Source of the DNA: Erysipelotrichaceae bacterium MTC7
Lineage (GTDB): Bacteria > Bacillota_I > Bacilli_A > Erysipelotrichales > Erysipelotrichaceae
Assembly: GCA_001695645.1 (NCBI GenBank)
Contig: LVZN01000019.1
Coordinates: forward strand, 2,667 to 34,666
Direction: 5' to 3'
DNA length: 32,000 nucleotides
The notes under the pieces are model-generated. The model was not told where the DNA came from. It was given only the letters and a program-made list of their open reading frames with translations, and made no database searches. Shown here in pieces: positions 1 to 9,101 of the stretch. Positions within the stretch are counted from its first letter, which is position 1; each line of letters starts with the position of its first letter. The position numbers and the translations under genes were made by a program.

Positions 1-1
1 T

Positions 2-214
2 TCGATTGTCGAAACCAGACTGCCAGAACACTGGGTTGGAAAGTCATTGGTGGACTTGGATTTACGTTCCAAACTAGGTGTCAATGTACTAGGTATACGT
101 AAACCACAGCAAACCTTAAACATTACACCAGATCCTACGTATGTATTGCAACCTGACGATCACTTGGTTGTTATTGCACACACGAATGTCATTCAAGATT
201 TAGATTTAATTTAA
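2..214 (+). CDS. C-terminus of a K+ uptake regulatory subunit (TrkA-C/RCK_C domain, KtrA/TrkA-like), 5' partial
   Basis: Frame 2 is open from the window edge: ...LPEHWVGKSLVDLDLRSKLGVNVLGIRKPQQTLNITPDPTYVLQPDDHLVVIAHTNVIQDLDLI, stop TAA 212-214. The pattern matches the TrkA-C fold signature. A terminator follows directly. Confidence 0.6.
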   Translation, partial: SIVETRLPEHWVGKSLVDLDLRSKLGVNVLGIRKPQQTLNITPDPTYVLQPDDHLVVIAHTNVIQDLDLI

Positions 215-238
215 AGAAGTCGAAAGACTTCTTTTTTT
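215..238 (+). terminator. Rho-independent terminator of the ktrA-like gene
   Basis: Stem aagaagtc / gacttctt (8 bp), loop gaaa, then a T-run. Confidence 0.7.
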
Positions 239-245
239 CAAGACA

Positions 246-271
246 TAAAAAAAGCAATCGTTTGATTGCTT
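246..271 (-). terminator. Rho-independent terminator of the nfu-like gene
   Basis: Stem aagcaatc / gattgctt with loop gttt, preceded on the + strand by an A-run (a T-run on the - strand). It abuts the stop at 272-274. Confidence 0.6.
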
Positions 272-520
272 TTAAAAATGCATTTCGGTTTGTTCGACGC
301 GAACTTCATTGACGCCGTCGACTTCATCTTTTAGCATTGCTTCAATTCCAAATGTGATTGTATCATCGAGGGCTAAACAGTCCATACACGCACCTGACAT
401 TGTGACATATACTACGCCGTCTTCAAATTTTGAAAATTCAACGTCTCCACCATCCCTTTGAATGTAAGGACGCATTTTATTGATAACAGCAATAATTTCT
501 TCTTCTTTTTTCGTTGCCAT
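272..520 (-). CDS. NifU C-terminal-domain Fe-S cluster carrier (Nfu/YutI-like)
   Basis: 82 aa with MRPYIQRDGGDVEF...V.MSGACMDC (CxxC), typical of Nfu-type proteins. RBS AAAGAGGTG lies upstream. Confidence 0.8.
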   Translation of the reverse strand: MATKKEEEIIAVINKMRPYIQRDGGDVEFSKFEDGVVYVTMSGACMDCLALDDTITFGIEAMLKDEVDGVNEVRVEQTEMHF

Positions 521-616
521 AATACACCTCTTTATCTACTGACATGTATTATAGCATGTTTTATAAAAAATAATAGAGGTTTGCCTTGCTTTCGTTACTT
601 TTTTGTTTAGCGTTTG

Positions 617-625
617 TGATATAAT
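617..625 (+). promoter_or_regulatory. Candidate extended -10 promoter element for the S1-pgi operon
   Basis: TGaTATAAT at 617-625, about 25 nt upstream of the TTG start. No good -35 was seen. Confidence 0.4.
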
Positions 626-648
626 AATGCACAAAGGAGGTAACGCTT

Positions 649-1008
649 TTGTATCAAGTAGGAGATGTAGTAAAAGGTGTCATCACGGGGATTCAGCCTT
701 ATGGGGCATTTGTAAGAATTGATGACCATCACAATGGTCTACTTCATATTTCTGAAGTTTCAGATGATTATATTCATGATATTCGTCAGTATTTACAAAT
801 GGAGGAGACGTTACAAGTAAAAATTCTCGATTTAGGAGAAGATGATCACCATTTTAAATTATCGTTAAAAGCTTTGCGTAAGGATGGCGGACGTTACCGT
901 CGTTCCAATGTGCAAAAACTTTTGCCGGAACATACATTGGGTTTTTCAACCTTGGAAGAAAACCTTCCTATTTGGATTGAACGTACGTTACATGGAGGAA
1001 AAAAATGA
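649..1008 (+). CDS. S1 RNA-binding domain protein (YugI/GSP13-like)
   Basis: VGDVVKGVITGIQPYGAFVRIDDHHNGLLHISEVSDDYIHDI is a canonical S1 OB-fold. TTG start with AAGGAGG RBS. Stop overlaps the pgi start (ATGA). Confidence 0.8.
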   Translation: MYQVGDVVKGVITGIQPYGAFVRIDDHHNGLLHISEVSDDYIHDIRQYLQMEETLQVKILDLGEDDHHFKLSLKALRKDGGRYRRSNVQKLLPEHTLGFSTLEENLPIWIERTLHGGKK

Positions 1009-2285
1009 TTAAATTAAACACAGAACACGCATTTTTAAAAGAAGACATTACTTCTTATCAAGACAAAGTAAATGCACTTCATGATGGAATCATGAACAAA
1101 ACAGCAACAGGAAACGACTTCTTAGGATGGGTTGACTGGTGCAATAACTATGACAAAGCAGAATTCGCTAGAATGAAAGAAGATGCTGCATACATCCGTG
1201 AAAACTGTGAAGTTTTCTTAGTATGTGGAATTGGTGGTTCATACTTAGGGGCAAGAGCAGCAATTGAAATGATCAATGGGTTGTATGGTAAAGACAAATA
1301 CAAACCTGAAATTATTTTCGTTGGTAACACGTTCTCTAGCACATACACAAAACAAGTGTTGGACTACATTGCTGATAAAGAGGTCATCATTAACGTTATT
1401 TCAAAATCAGGAACAACAACAGAAACAGCATTGGCTTTCCGTTTATTTAAACAATTCATCGAAAAGAAATATGGAAAAGATGAAGCAAAGAAACGTATTT
1501 TTGCGACAACAGATGGAACAAAAGGTACATTGTTTGATTTAGCAACAAAAGAAGGTTACGCTAAATACGTCATTCCAAACGATATTGGTGGACGTTTCTC
1601 AGTTATTACACCTGTTGGTTTATTACCAATTGCGGTTGCTGGAATTGACATTGATGCATTGATGCAAGGTGTTACAGATGCTTACCAAGATTTAAACACA
1701 GCTGACTTAACAAAAAACCCAGCATATGCATATGCTGTAGCTCGTCGTATACTACAAAACCAAGGTAAAAACGTGGAGATGTTTATTTCATATGACTTAC
1801 AAACAACCATGTTAGCTGAATGGTGGAAACAATTATTTGGTGAGTCTGAAGGAAAGAATGGAAAAGGTATTTTCCCAGCAGCAGGAACTTTCTCAACAGA
1901 TTTACACTCAATGGGACAATTTGTCCAAGATGGTTTGAAAATTGTATTCGAAACGTTAGTTTTATTTAAGAAACCAACAGAAGATATCATGTTCCCAGAA
2001 GATGCAGATAACTTAGATAACATGAACTACCTTGCTGGTAAATCACTGGATTGGGTAAATAAAATGGCGATGCAAGGAACGCTTGAAGCACATGAAGTTG
2101 AAGGAAACGTTCCAAACTTGCTTATTGAAGTAGAGGATATGAGTTCGCACTCATTTGGATACCTTGTGTACTTCTTCTTTAGAGCAGTAGCGATGTCTGT
2201 ATTATTGCTTGATGAAAATCCATTTGATCAACCAGGTGTTGAAGTATACAAGAAAAACATGTTTAGACTCTTAGGAAAAAAATAG
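1005..2285 (+). CDS. pgi: Glucose-6-phosphate isomerase
   Basis: 426 aa with CGIGGSYLGARA, ISKSGTTTET, GGRFSV and FGESEGK, all PGI signature blocks of the short Firmicute type. Confidence 0.93.
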   Translation: MIKLNTEHAFLKEDITSYQDKVNALHDGIMNKTATGNDFLGWVDWCNNYDKAEFARMKEDAAYIRENCEVFLVCGIGGSYLGARAAIEMINGLYGKDKYKPEIIFVGNTFSSTYTKQVLDYIADKEVIINVISKSGTTTETALAFRLFKQFIEKKYGKDEAKKRIFATTDGTKGTLFDLATKEGYAKYVIPNDIGGRFSVITPVGLLPIAVAGIDIDALMQGVTDAYQDLNTADLTKNPAYAYAVARRILQNQGKNVEMFISYDLQTTMLAEWWKQLFGESEGKNGKGIFPAAGTFSTDLHSMGQFVQDGLKIVFETLVLFKKPTEDIMFPEDADNLDNMNYLAGKSLDWVNKMAMQGTLEAHEVEGNVPNLLIEVEDMSSHSFGYLVYFFFRAVAMSVLLLDENPFDQPGVEVYKKNMFRLLGKK

Positions 2286-2728
2286 TGCAAGAAAAACTGT
2301 TTCAAGTGGTGTGTCCAAATTGCAAACAAGCGTTTTTCATTAAGCGTGATACAGTGATCAATCATGAAATTGATGATGACAGTGTCTTGTTGCTAGAAAA
2401 TCGAAGTTTGTTTGTACATACATGCAACCATTGTAGAACAACCATTCCATTGGACTATCCAGTGTTATACTACTTCCCAAAGGAACGTATTTACATTGGC
2501 TATCACTTAAAAGGTGAGGGAAGTCTTGATTCCAAAAGCTATGAAACAGACTCCATTGAACAGTTTGTCGAATATGTCATGATGGTTCGTGATGGTGTAA
2601 TGATAGATGCAATACTGGAATTGAAACAGGGCTTGTTACAAGGATATACATACGATGGAATGGAAGCAAATCAACTGTTCTTTCGTAATGATGGACAACT
2701 TATATGTTTACCAAAGCGAGATGCGTAA
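2285..2728 (+). CDS. CpXC-type zinc-ribbon protein, function unknown
   Basis: 147 aa with VCPNCKQ ... CNHCRT cysteine pairs. GTG start overlaps the pgi TAG by 1 nt; the start is uncertain. Confidence 0.5.
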   Translation: MQEKLFQVVCPNCKQAFFIKRDTVINHEIDDDSVLLLENRSLFVHTCNHCRTTIPLDYPVLYYFPKERIYIGYHLKGEGSLDSKSYETDSIEQFVEYVMMVRDGVMIDAILELKQGLLQGYTYDGMEANQLFFRNDGQLICLPKRDA

Positions 2729-2739
2729 TCTCGCTTTTT
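2715..2739 (+). terminator. Rho-independent terminator
   Basis: Stem agcgagat / atctcgct (8 bp), 5-nt loop containing the stop codon, then TTTTT. Confidence 0.7.
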
Positions 2740-2751
2740 ACGTGCAAAGAC

Positions 2752-2779
2752 TTGCAAGATGTTAAAAATGGAGTATAAT
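2752..2779 (+). promoter_or_regulatory. Sigma-A type promoter of the arsR-ATPase operon
   Basis: TTGCAA (2752-2757), 16-nt spacer, TATAAT (2774-2779). Confidence 0.55.
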
Positions 2780-2782
2780 GAA

Positions 2783-2804
2783 CATATGAACAAGTGTTCA
2801 TATG
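2783..2804. promoter_or_regulatory. ArsR/SmtB-type operator (perfect 10-2-10 inverted repeat)
   Basis: CATATGAACA-AG-TGTTCATATG lies directly after the -10 box and before the arsR-family start. It resembles the TGAACA-type czr/cad operators. Confidence 0.65.
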
Positions 2805-2813
2805 AGGTGAAAT

Positions 2814-3152
2814 ATGGAAACATGTAAAGTTGAAAGTTGTAAGCATACCCAGTTCAAACGTGTGGATGAACTTGATGTTGTAGAAGCTGAAGAGCTGTCG
2901 ATTTTTTTTAAGATGTATGCAGATGCAACAAGATTAAAAATCTTACATGTTCTCTTTAAAGGGGAAATGTGTGTCCAGTGCATTGCTGATGAACTGGATA
3001 TGAGTCAAAGTGCCATTTCGCACCAGCTTGCCATATTGAAAAGGAATCGAATTATTAAGTCACGTCGTGATAAGAAAAATATGTTCTATTCTTTGGATGA
3101 CAAACATATTGAACTTATTTTTAATGCAGCATATGAACATATAAAGGAGTAG
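2814..3152 (+). CDS. ArsR/SmtB family metal-sensing repressor
   Basis: ADATRLKILHVL...MCVQCIADELDMSQSAISHQLAILKRNRIIKSRRDKKNMFYSL is the winged HTH of the ArsR family. The gene sits directly upstream of a metal ATPase. Confidence 0.9.
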   Translation: METCKVESCKHTQFKRVDELDVVEAEELSIFFKMYADATRLKILHVLFKGEMCVQCIADELDMSQSAISHQLAILKRNRIIKSRRDKKNMFYSLDDKHIELIFNAAYEHIKE

Positions 3153-3156
3153 GAAT

Positions 3157-5403
3157 ATGAAACATTTACACGTACATCATCATGACCACAAGCCAGATGG
3201 ATCTTGCTGTAATCATGATACAAAAGTCACAAAGGAAGCATATGAAATGCATGCTTCTAGTAACACGCCTAACCAGGCTTGTGCATGTAACACTGACATA
3301 TCCAATGAGGAAGATGATATTGGCGATATAGAAGCCAAATATAAATTTAAACTCAGTGGGTTGGACTGTGGAAGCTGTGCACAAAAAATTGAAGATCGTC
3401 TCAATAAAGCCGATTATATTCAAGAGGCAAAAATTAACTTTACACATGGGGTTGCTTACATTGAACCAAAAGGGAATATAAGCAAACAAGAAGTGTTAGA
3501 AAAAAGTAATGTACTTATCGACCAAGTTGAACCAGGAGCGAAAATGGTAGGGGATGATGAAGAAGAACCAAAAGAATCCAACCGTGAACGCAATGAGTTA
3601 CTATTGAGTATTGCGATTTTCTTTATTGCAGTTATCGTAGAGAAAACAACCAATATTCATCCATTTTTAATCTATGTACTTCCGTATCTATTTACGGGAT
3701 ATCACGTAATCTATAAATCAATAAAGAATATCATGCACGGAGAAATCTTTGATGAACACTTCTTAATGACAATTGCAACGCTGGGAGCATTCGTTGTGGC
3801 TGCTTATGAAGAAGCTGTTGCAGTTATGCTATTTTACAATATTGGAGAATACTTCCAAGATTTAGCAGTTGATCGTACGCGAAAATCAATTACAGGTTTG
3901 ATGGATTTACAAGCAGAGTACGCAAATTTAGTAAAAGCAGATAACTCTTATGAGGAAGTGGATCCAAAAACACTAAAAATTGGTGATCGCATTGCAATTA
4001 AAGCCGGTGAAAAAGTACCTGTAGATGCCATCGTGGTTTCAGGTAGTTCCTCACTCGACTTAAGTGCATTAAACGGTGAAGTGAAATTAAAAGATGTTCA
4101 TGAAGGTGATGAGGTCCTTGCTGGTTCACTTAATACGATGGGTCTTATTACCTGTGAAGTCACAAAAGCGTATAAAGATTCAACCGTATCAAAAATTTTA
4201 GATTTAGTGGAGCATGCGAGCAATAAAAAAGCACCGACCGAAACGTTTATTACAAAATTCGCGAAAGTATATACACCAATCGTTGTTGGACTTGCATTGT
4301 TGTTGGTCATTGTTCCAACACTTGTCGTTGGTGATTTCTATACTTGGCTATATCGAGCTTGTACATTCTTAGTTATCTCTTGTCCATGTGCGCTTGTTGT
4401 ATCTGTACCACTAGGATTCTATGCTGGTATTGGTAGTGCAAGTCGTATTGGTGCCCTTGTAAAAGGTGGAAACTATTTAGAATTACTTGAACATGTAGAT
4501 ACCATTGTTATGGATAAAACAGGAACCATCACAAAAGGTGAATTTGCCGTTGAATCCGTACAAGGTCATGAAGATACTTTAAAACTTGCTGCCTACGCAG
4601 AAAGTTATTCAAACCACCCAATTGCAAAAAGTATTGCAACTGCATATACCAAGGCTATTGATGTGACAAAATTAAGCAGCTATCAAGAAGTTGCTGGATA
4701 TGGAGTTTCGGTTTCTTATGATGACAAGCCATTATTGGTCGGTAATCAAAAACTGATGGAGAAAGAGCACATTCCATATACAGTTAACCAAAATCTTGGA
4801 ACCGTGCTCTACGTGGCTTATAATGGCCAGTACATGGGTTCTATCGTAATTGGTGATCAAATCAAGCCAACAAGTAAACAAGCCATTCAAGATATGCATG
4901 ATCTTGGTGTTAGTCAAACAGTCATGTTAACTGGTGACCAAGCAGATATTGCAAACGTAATTGCAAAAGAAGTCGGCATTAACAACGTTCATGCTGGACT
5001 ATTGCCACAAGATAAAGTTTCGATACTTGAAGAATATCTAACAAAAGACGATAAGGCTGTTGCTTTTGTTGGTGATGGTATTAATGATGCACCTGCCTTA
5101 ATGAGAGCTGATGTAGGTATCTCCATGGGTGGTGTTGGAAGTGATGTTGCAATTGAAGCAAGTGACATCGTCTTGATGAGTGATGATTTATTGCTGATTC
5201 CTAAGACTATGAAAATAGCACGTAAAACAAAACGAATTGTTATTCAAAACGTGGTTATGGCATTGGGAATTAAAACCATTGTGCTTATCCTTTCTGCCTT
5301 TGGTATTACCAATATGTGGGCTGGGGTATTTGCCGATGTTGGAGTAACACTATTAGCGGTGTTAAACTCAATGCGTATGCTTTACTATTATAAAAAAGTG
5401 TAA
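3157..5403 (+). CDS. Heavy-metal translocating P1B-type ATPase (CadA/ZntA-type, Cd/Zn/Co class)
   Basis: His-rich N-terminus (HLHVHHHDH), HMA domain GLDCGSCAQKIE, transmembrane CPC (SCPCALV), DKTGTIT, MLTGD, GDGINDAP. Confidence 0.92.
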   Translation: MKHLHVHHHDHKPDGSCCNHDTKVTKEAYEMHASSNTPNQACACNTDISNEEDDIGDIEAKYKFKLSGLDCGSCAQKIEDRLNKADYIQEAKINFTHGVAYIEPKGNISKQEVLEKSNVLIDQVEPGAKMVGDDEEEPKESNRERNELLLSIAIFFIAVIVEKTTNIHPFLIYVLPYLFTGYHVIYKSIKNIMHGEIFDEHFLMTIATLGAFVVAAYEEAVAVMLFYNIGEYFQDLAVDRTRKSITGLMDLQAEYANLVKADNSYEEVDPKTLKIGDRIAIKAGEKVPVDAIVVSGSSSLDLSALNGEVKLKDVHEGDEVLAGSLNTMGLITCEVTKAYKDSTVSKILDLVEHASNKKAPTETFITKFAKVYTPIVVGLALLLVIVPTLVVGDFYTWLYRACTFLVISCPCALVVSVPLGFYAGIGSASRIGALVKGGNYLELLEHVDTIVMDKTGTITKGEFAVESVQGHEDTLKLAAYAESYSNHPIAKSIATAYTKAIDVTKLSSYQEVAGYGVSVSYDDKPLLVGNQKLMEKEHIPYTVNQNLGTVLYVAYNGQYMGSIVIGDQIKPTSKQAIQDMHDLGVSQTVMLTGDQADIANVIAKEVGINNVHAGLLPQDKVSILEEYLTKDDKAVAFVGDGINDAPALMRADVGISMGGVGSDVAIEASDIVLMSDDLLLIPKTMKIARKTKRIVIQNVVMALGIKTIVLILSAFGITNMWAGVFADVGVTLLAVLNSMRMLYYYKKV

Positions 5404-5409
5404 AAGAAA

Positions 5410-5450
5410 AGCCAGTCGAAGTGATCGATATCACATTCGATTGGCTTTTT
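5410..5450. terminator. Bidirectional terminator between the ATPase and the convergent LCP gene
   Basis: Stem of about 16 bp, agccagtcgaagtgat / atcacattcgattggct, flanked by an A-run and a T-run. Confidence 0.7.
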
Positions 5451-5455
5451 ATTGT

Positions 5456-7288
5456 TTATTGACCTGGAGTGACTGAGGGAGTATTTGGATCTCCAGTCCC
5501 AGTTCCTGGATTACTTGGATTTTGTTCACCTTCATTTCCACCTGTGCCAGGGGTTTCGGTTTCTCCGCCAGTACCCGGTGTCTCAGTTTCACTACCATCA
5601 CCAGGATTTTCTGGGGTGTTTGGTTCTTCAACTACTGGGGTTTCTGGAACTTCAGGTTCCTCAACAACTGGAGCCTGGTATTCTGGTTCTTCAGAGGTAT
5701 AATCACCACCAGATTTTTCACCAGAGAAGTCATCACCAACAAACATACCTGTCGCAGGTCGGTTGTATGCTGGTAACTGACTGTATAAATCATTTAAGTC
5801 AAATGAGAATTCCTTGAACTTAATTGGTTTGACAATCATTTCATAACGATAGTACAACAATTCCATGTCCTGTAAAGATAGTATATATACAGATAATGGC
5901 ATACTTCCACCTGCATAAGGGATTGGGATTTGATCAAATCCTCCATTATCTAATGAAGTACTTCCAAATGTCCATGGCTCTAAATGATCAATTTCATAGT
6001 TTACGAAATCTGAAAGTTGAGCATAGCTAATATCTGTTTCAATGTATTTCGTCGCTGTATTCATTAAGGAAGGTACAGCTTTCACACCTTCAGCAGTAGT
6101 TAGTTTGTTAATCATAGCTTTAATGATGTCTTGTTGTGCTCTAGTACGTCCAACATCACCATCTTCTTGGTCATGACGGTTACGTGCATAGGCAAGGGCT
6201 TCTTCACCATTAAGTGTTTGCAATCCTTTTTTAAGCGTAATTAAATCACCATCTTCAAAACTTCGGTTACTGTTTTGTTCCGTAAAGTCCATGGCAACAT
6301 CAACTTCGACACCACCCATAGCATTCACGATTTCAACTACTGATGTAAAGTTTACTTGCACATAGAAATCAATTTCAAATCCACTAATAGCTGCAATGGA
6401 ATCCATGATATTTTCAACACCGTTATTTCCAAGGTGGGTAAGTTTATCGTTAATTCCACCGAGCGCCAAGTTAGGAATGTAAGAATCACGAGGGAAGCTT
6501 ACCATTTCCATATGGTTCGTAATTGGATTTACAATTAATATCATATTCACATCACTTCTTTGACTGGCTTCACCAGTATCAGAAGTATCAATTCCACTAA
6601 GTAGTACGGTAAATGGTTCTTTTGTTAAATCTTTTCCTGAGTTTTTTGAAGTTGTTTGTTCCACTTTGCGTTGGAATGTCGCAATTTCTTTAACTTCATC
6701 AGTAAATCCTTCGATATGGTCTTCAACGGTACTGATACTTGATTTTGAAATAATTAAAGCATCAATATCTCCAGCAATTAATGAATTTGCTAAATCTGTA
6801 TAGTTGCTTTGTCCTGCATAAGAAACGTTGCTAACAGATGTATTGATTTGTTTTTTTGCAAAACTAGCATTTTCTTCGTCTGTTTCTTCTTGGAATCCCA
6901 CGGTTGTGTTTTCTAGATCGTCTAGTTTTTCTAGTGAACTATCTGCTTTAGTCAACACCGAAATGGTGATGTATTTATCTTTGGTACGATCGGTCATCGA
7001 TTGCAGGGTATCATCACCTTTATAAGCATAAACTGCCACAAAAGCGAAGAGGGCAGTAAATACAACAACGAAGAAACGACGTACCCAAGTTGCCTTCATT
7101 TGAAAACGTTTAAATGATAATGCCAATAGAATTAAGAAGATAATTGCACTAATGGCAATCACGGCAATTCTATATTTGATTGGTACTACACGAACTTGAA
7201 ACGTAAAATACGCTGCAGCAAGTACGGCTAAGGCTTGTAGAATTATTAGTACAAAGTCAAGTTTACGTGACTGTATGATTTTTTTCAT
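5456..7288 (-). CDS. LytR-CpsA-Psr (LCP) family cell-wall polymer transferase with a disordered P/E/T/G-rich C-terminal tail
   Basis: N-terminal TM helices. LCP blocks LLSGIDTS..RSDVNMILIVNP, SFPRDSYIPN, NDKLTHLG, ALAYARNRH. The last 88 aa are low complexity. Confidence 0.85.
   Translation of the reverse strand: MKKIIQSRKLDFVLIILQALAVLAAAYFTFQVRVVPIKYRIAVIAISAIIFLILLALSFKRFQMKATWVRRFFVVVFTALFAFVAVYAYKGDDTLQSMTDRTKDKYITISVLTKADSSLEKLDDLENTTVGFQEETDEENASFAKKQINTSVSNVSYAGQSNYTDLANSLIAGDIDALIISKSSISTVEDHIEGFTDEVKEIATFQRKVEQTTSKNSGKDLTKEPFTVLLSGIDTSDTGEASQRSDVNMILIVNPITNHMEMVSFPRDSYIPNLALGGINDKLTHLGNNGVENIMDSIAAISGFEIDFYVQVNFTSVVEIVNAMGGVEVDVAMDFTEQNSNRSFEDGDLITLKKGLQTLNGEEALAYARNRHDQEDGDVGRTRAQQDIIKAMINKLTTAEGVKAVPSLMNTATKYIETDISYAQLSDFVNYEIDHLEPWTFGSTSLDNGGFDQIPIPYAGGSMPLSVYILSLQDMELLYYRYEMIVKPIKFKEFSFDLNDLYSQLPAYNRPATGMFVGDDFSGEKSGGDYTSEEPEYQAPVVEEPEVPETPVVEEPNTPENPGDGSETETPGTGGETETPGTGGNEGEQNPSNPGTGTGDPNTPSVTPGQ
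5537..5590 (-). repeat. Tandem 27-nt coding repeat (2 x GETETPGTG-type unit) in the LCP tail
   Basis: tccacctgtgccaggggtttcggtttc / tccgccagtacccggtgtctcagtttc. By my count 20 of 27 nt are identical and all differences are synonymous. Confidence 0.8.
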
Positions 7289-7382
7289 AAGTTACCTCTT
7301 TTTCACTTCATTATAGTATAGGAAAGCAACGAGTGTAAAGTGAAAATGAAGTGAAAAGTTATGTTTCATATACAAGAACAAT

Positions 7383-7406
7383 AAAAAAAGATGTTCGGAA
7401 ACACCT
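7383..7406 (-). terminator. Terminator of the second LCP gene
   Basis: A-run then gatgtt-cgga-aacacc hairpin (one A.C mismatch). On the - strand this reads GGTGTTTCCGAACATC followed by TTTTTTT. Confidence 0.55.
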
Positions 7407-7425
7407 TTTTGTTTGTATATTCGAA

Positions 7426-8994
7426 TTAAGGAACCAGTTGGATATCATCTGATTCTTCATATGTACTGTATCCGTTGTACATATCATCTAAATCAAAATG
7501 GAAATCCGTTAGTTCTTGACGTTCTTTCATTAAGTTGTAAATTGCATTCGCTTTTTCAATATCACTTTTTGATAAGTAATAGATACTTGAATACAATCCA
7601 GGCATCGATGCAGTTACATCTGAACCTTGTTCACCTTTATCAAGGCTTAAAGATTTAAATTGCCATGAAGGCATGTTATCGACTTGTTGTTTAACAAGAC
7701 TTGTCAGTTGACTTTCTGAGAAGTTCATAATGACATAGTTACTCATAAGTTTCATCACATCATCAACTTTGGTGATTCCTTCAGGAGATAATACGCGTTT
7801 GACAAGACCTTTCATAACTTCAATTTGTGCTTGATTACGACCCAAGTCTTGGTTTTCATACGAATGACGGTGTCTTGCATAGGCAAGTGCTTGTTTTCCA
7901 CTTAAGGTTTGTTGACCGGCTTCTAGATAGATTAAATCTTCTTCTGCAAAACTGCGGTATTCATCTTGTTCAACAATCGGTTGAAGAACATTGACGGGAA
8001 TTCCACCAAGTGTATCCACAATTTCAATCAAAGAAACAAAAGAGACTTTGACATAAAAATCGATTTTGATATTAAAGGTTTCTTCTACAGCTAGTTTTGT
8101 ATTATCCACGCCATCATTACCGGTATGCGTAAGCTTATCACTGACGTTATCATAGGCTGGGTTAGGAACAAATGAATCACGTGGTATGGAGATTGTTTGA
8201 ATGACATTAGTTATTGGATCAATGATCAAAAGCATGTTGGTATCACTTAAAGAGTGAGAAGTAGGAGCAACTGTTTGGTCGCTTGCACTTACAAGTACGG
8301 TAAATACTTCTTTTGTGATATCAATATCGTTACCTTTGATTTGGTTTTTAATTGTAAAACTATACGTATCAACGACATTACTTATTTCGTAAAGATTTTT
8401 ATATTCTTCTGGTAGGTTACCTTTTTGACTTTGATCAATTACAATCGCATCGACAAATTCTTTGGTGTAATCACTGTACATTGTCATGTAGTTATCGTAA
8501 GCTAAGCTGCCAAAATCACTTATTTTTGTTGCTAACTGCGCTTTTGCTTTATCCGTAGCTTCAACGGAACCATTGCTTGGAAAACCGACAACGTATCCGT
8601 CTAGGTCTTCGACATGAGACAAGCCATTGGTGCTTTCTTTTAAGGTAAGAACATCGTAGGTAATGGTTGTTTCTGAATTATCCATTGAACCTGCAAAGGC
8701 TTGATAACCACTAGATAGATCGTTTGTATAAATGTTAGCAGCAAGAAGGACAACGACCAATCCAGCAAGAAAGATTCGTCGGATGATTTCCACTACATGA
8801 TTTTTTATTCTAAAGAGTAGTAGGGTAAGAATAAATAGAAAGACAAAGATACCAATTGCATACAAATAGTATTTGTCACTGTATTTACGAATAAATAAAA
8901 CAAATAGAATGCTCAATATTGGAAAGAGCAGTAAGTTGATAAGGTCAAATATACGACCATATCTGATTTTTCTTTTTTTCTGATTTTTTTTCAC
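7426..8994 (-). CDS. LytR-CpsA-Psr (LCP) family protein, paralogue 2
   Basis: N-terminal TM helices. LVSASDQ..LSDTNMLLIIDP, SIPRDSFVPN, SDKLTHTG, ALAYARHRH. Confidence 0.85.
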   Translation of the reverse strand: MKKNQKKRKIRYGRIFDLINLLLFPILSILFVLFIRKYSDKYYLYAIGIFVFLFILTLLLFRIKNHVVEIIRRIFLAGLVVVLLAANIYTNDLSSGYQAFAGSMDNSETTITYDVLTLKESTNGLSHVEDLDGYVVGFPSNGSVEATDKAKAQLATKISDFGSLAYDNYMTMYSDYTKEFVDAIVIDQSQKGNLPEEYKNLYEISNVVDTYSFTIKNQIKGNDIDITKEVFTVLVSASDQTVAPTSHSLSDTNMLLIIDPITNVIQTISIPRDSFVPNPAYDNVSDKLTHTGNDGVDNTKLAVEETFNIKIDFYVKVSFVSLIEIVDTLGGIPVNVLQPIVEQDEYRSFAEEDLIYLEAGQQTLSGKQALAYARHRHSYENQDLGRNQAQIEVMKGLVKRVLSPEGITKVDDVMKLMSNYVIMNFSESQLTSLVKQQVDNMPSWQFKSLSLDKGEQGSDVTASMPGLYSSIYYLSKSDIEKANAIYNLMKERQELTDFHFDLDDMYNGYSTYEESDDIQLVP

Positions 8995-9101
8995 ACGAAC
9001 ACCTCGGTAAGATTATATATCATATTCAATAAAAAATCTTGTAGTTTTAACAAAAATGATGCACCCTTTTGTAGTATAATGTTTGCAGTGAGGTAAAAAC
9101 T

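Noticed and set aside
5469-5817. Three + strand ORFs (77, 110 and 84 aa) opposite the LCP tail
   Set aside because: They lie antisense to the low-complexity P/E/T/G-coding region and translate to repetitive nonsense (PVPG/SG runs). They have no RBS. They are artefacts of the repeat composition.
9040-9080. Promoter for pcrA (TATAAT at 9075-9080)
   Set aside because: The -10 is good, but I could not place a -35 or a TGn extension at acceptable spacing. It is too uncertain to list as a feature.
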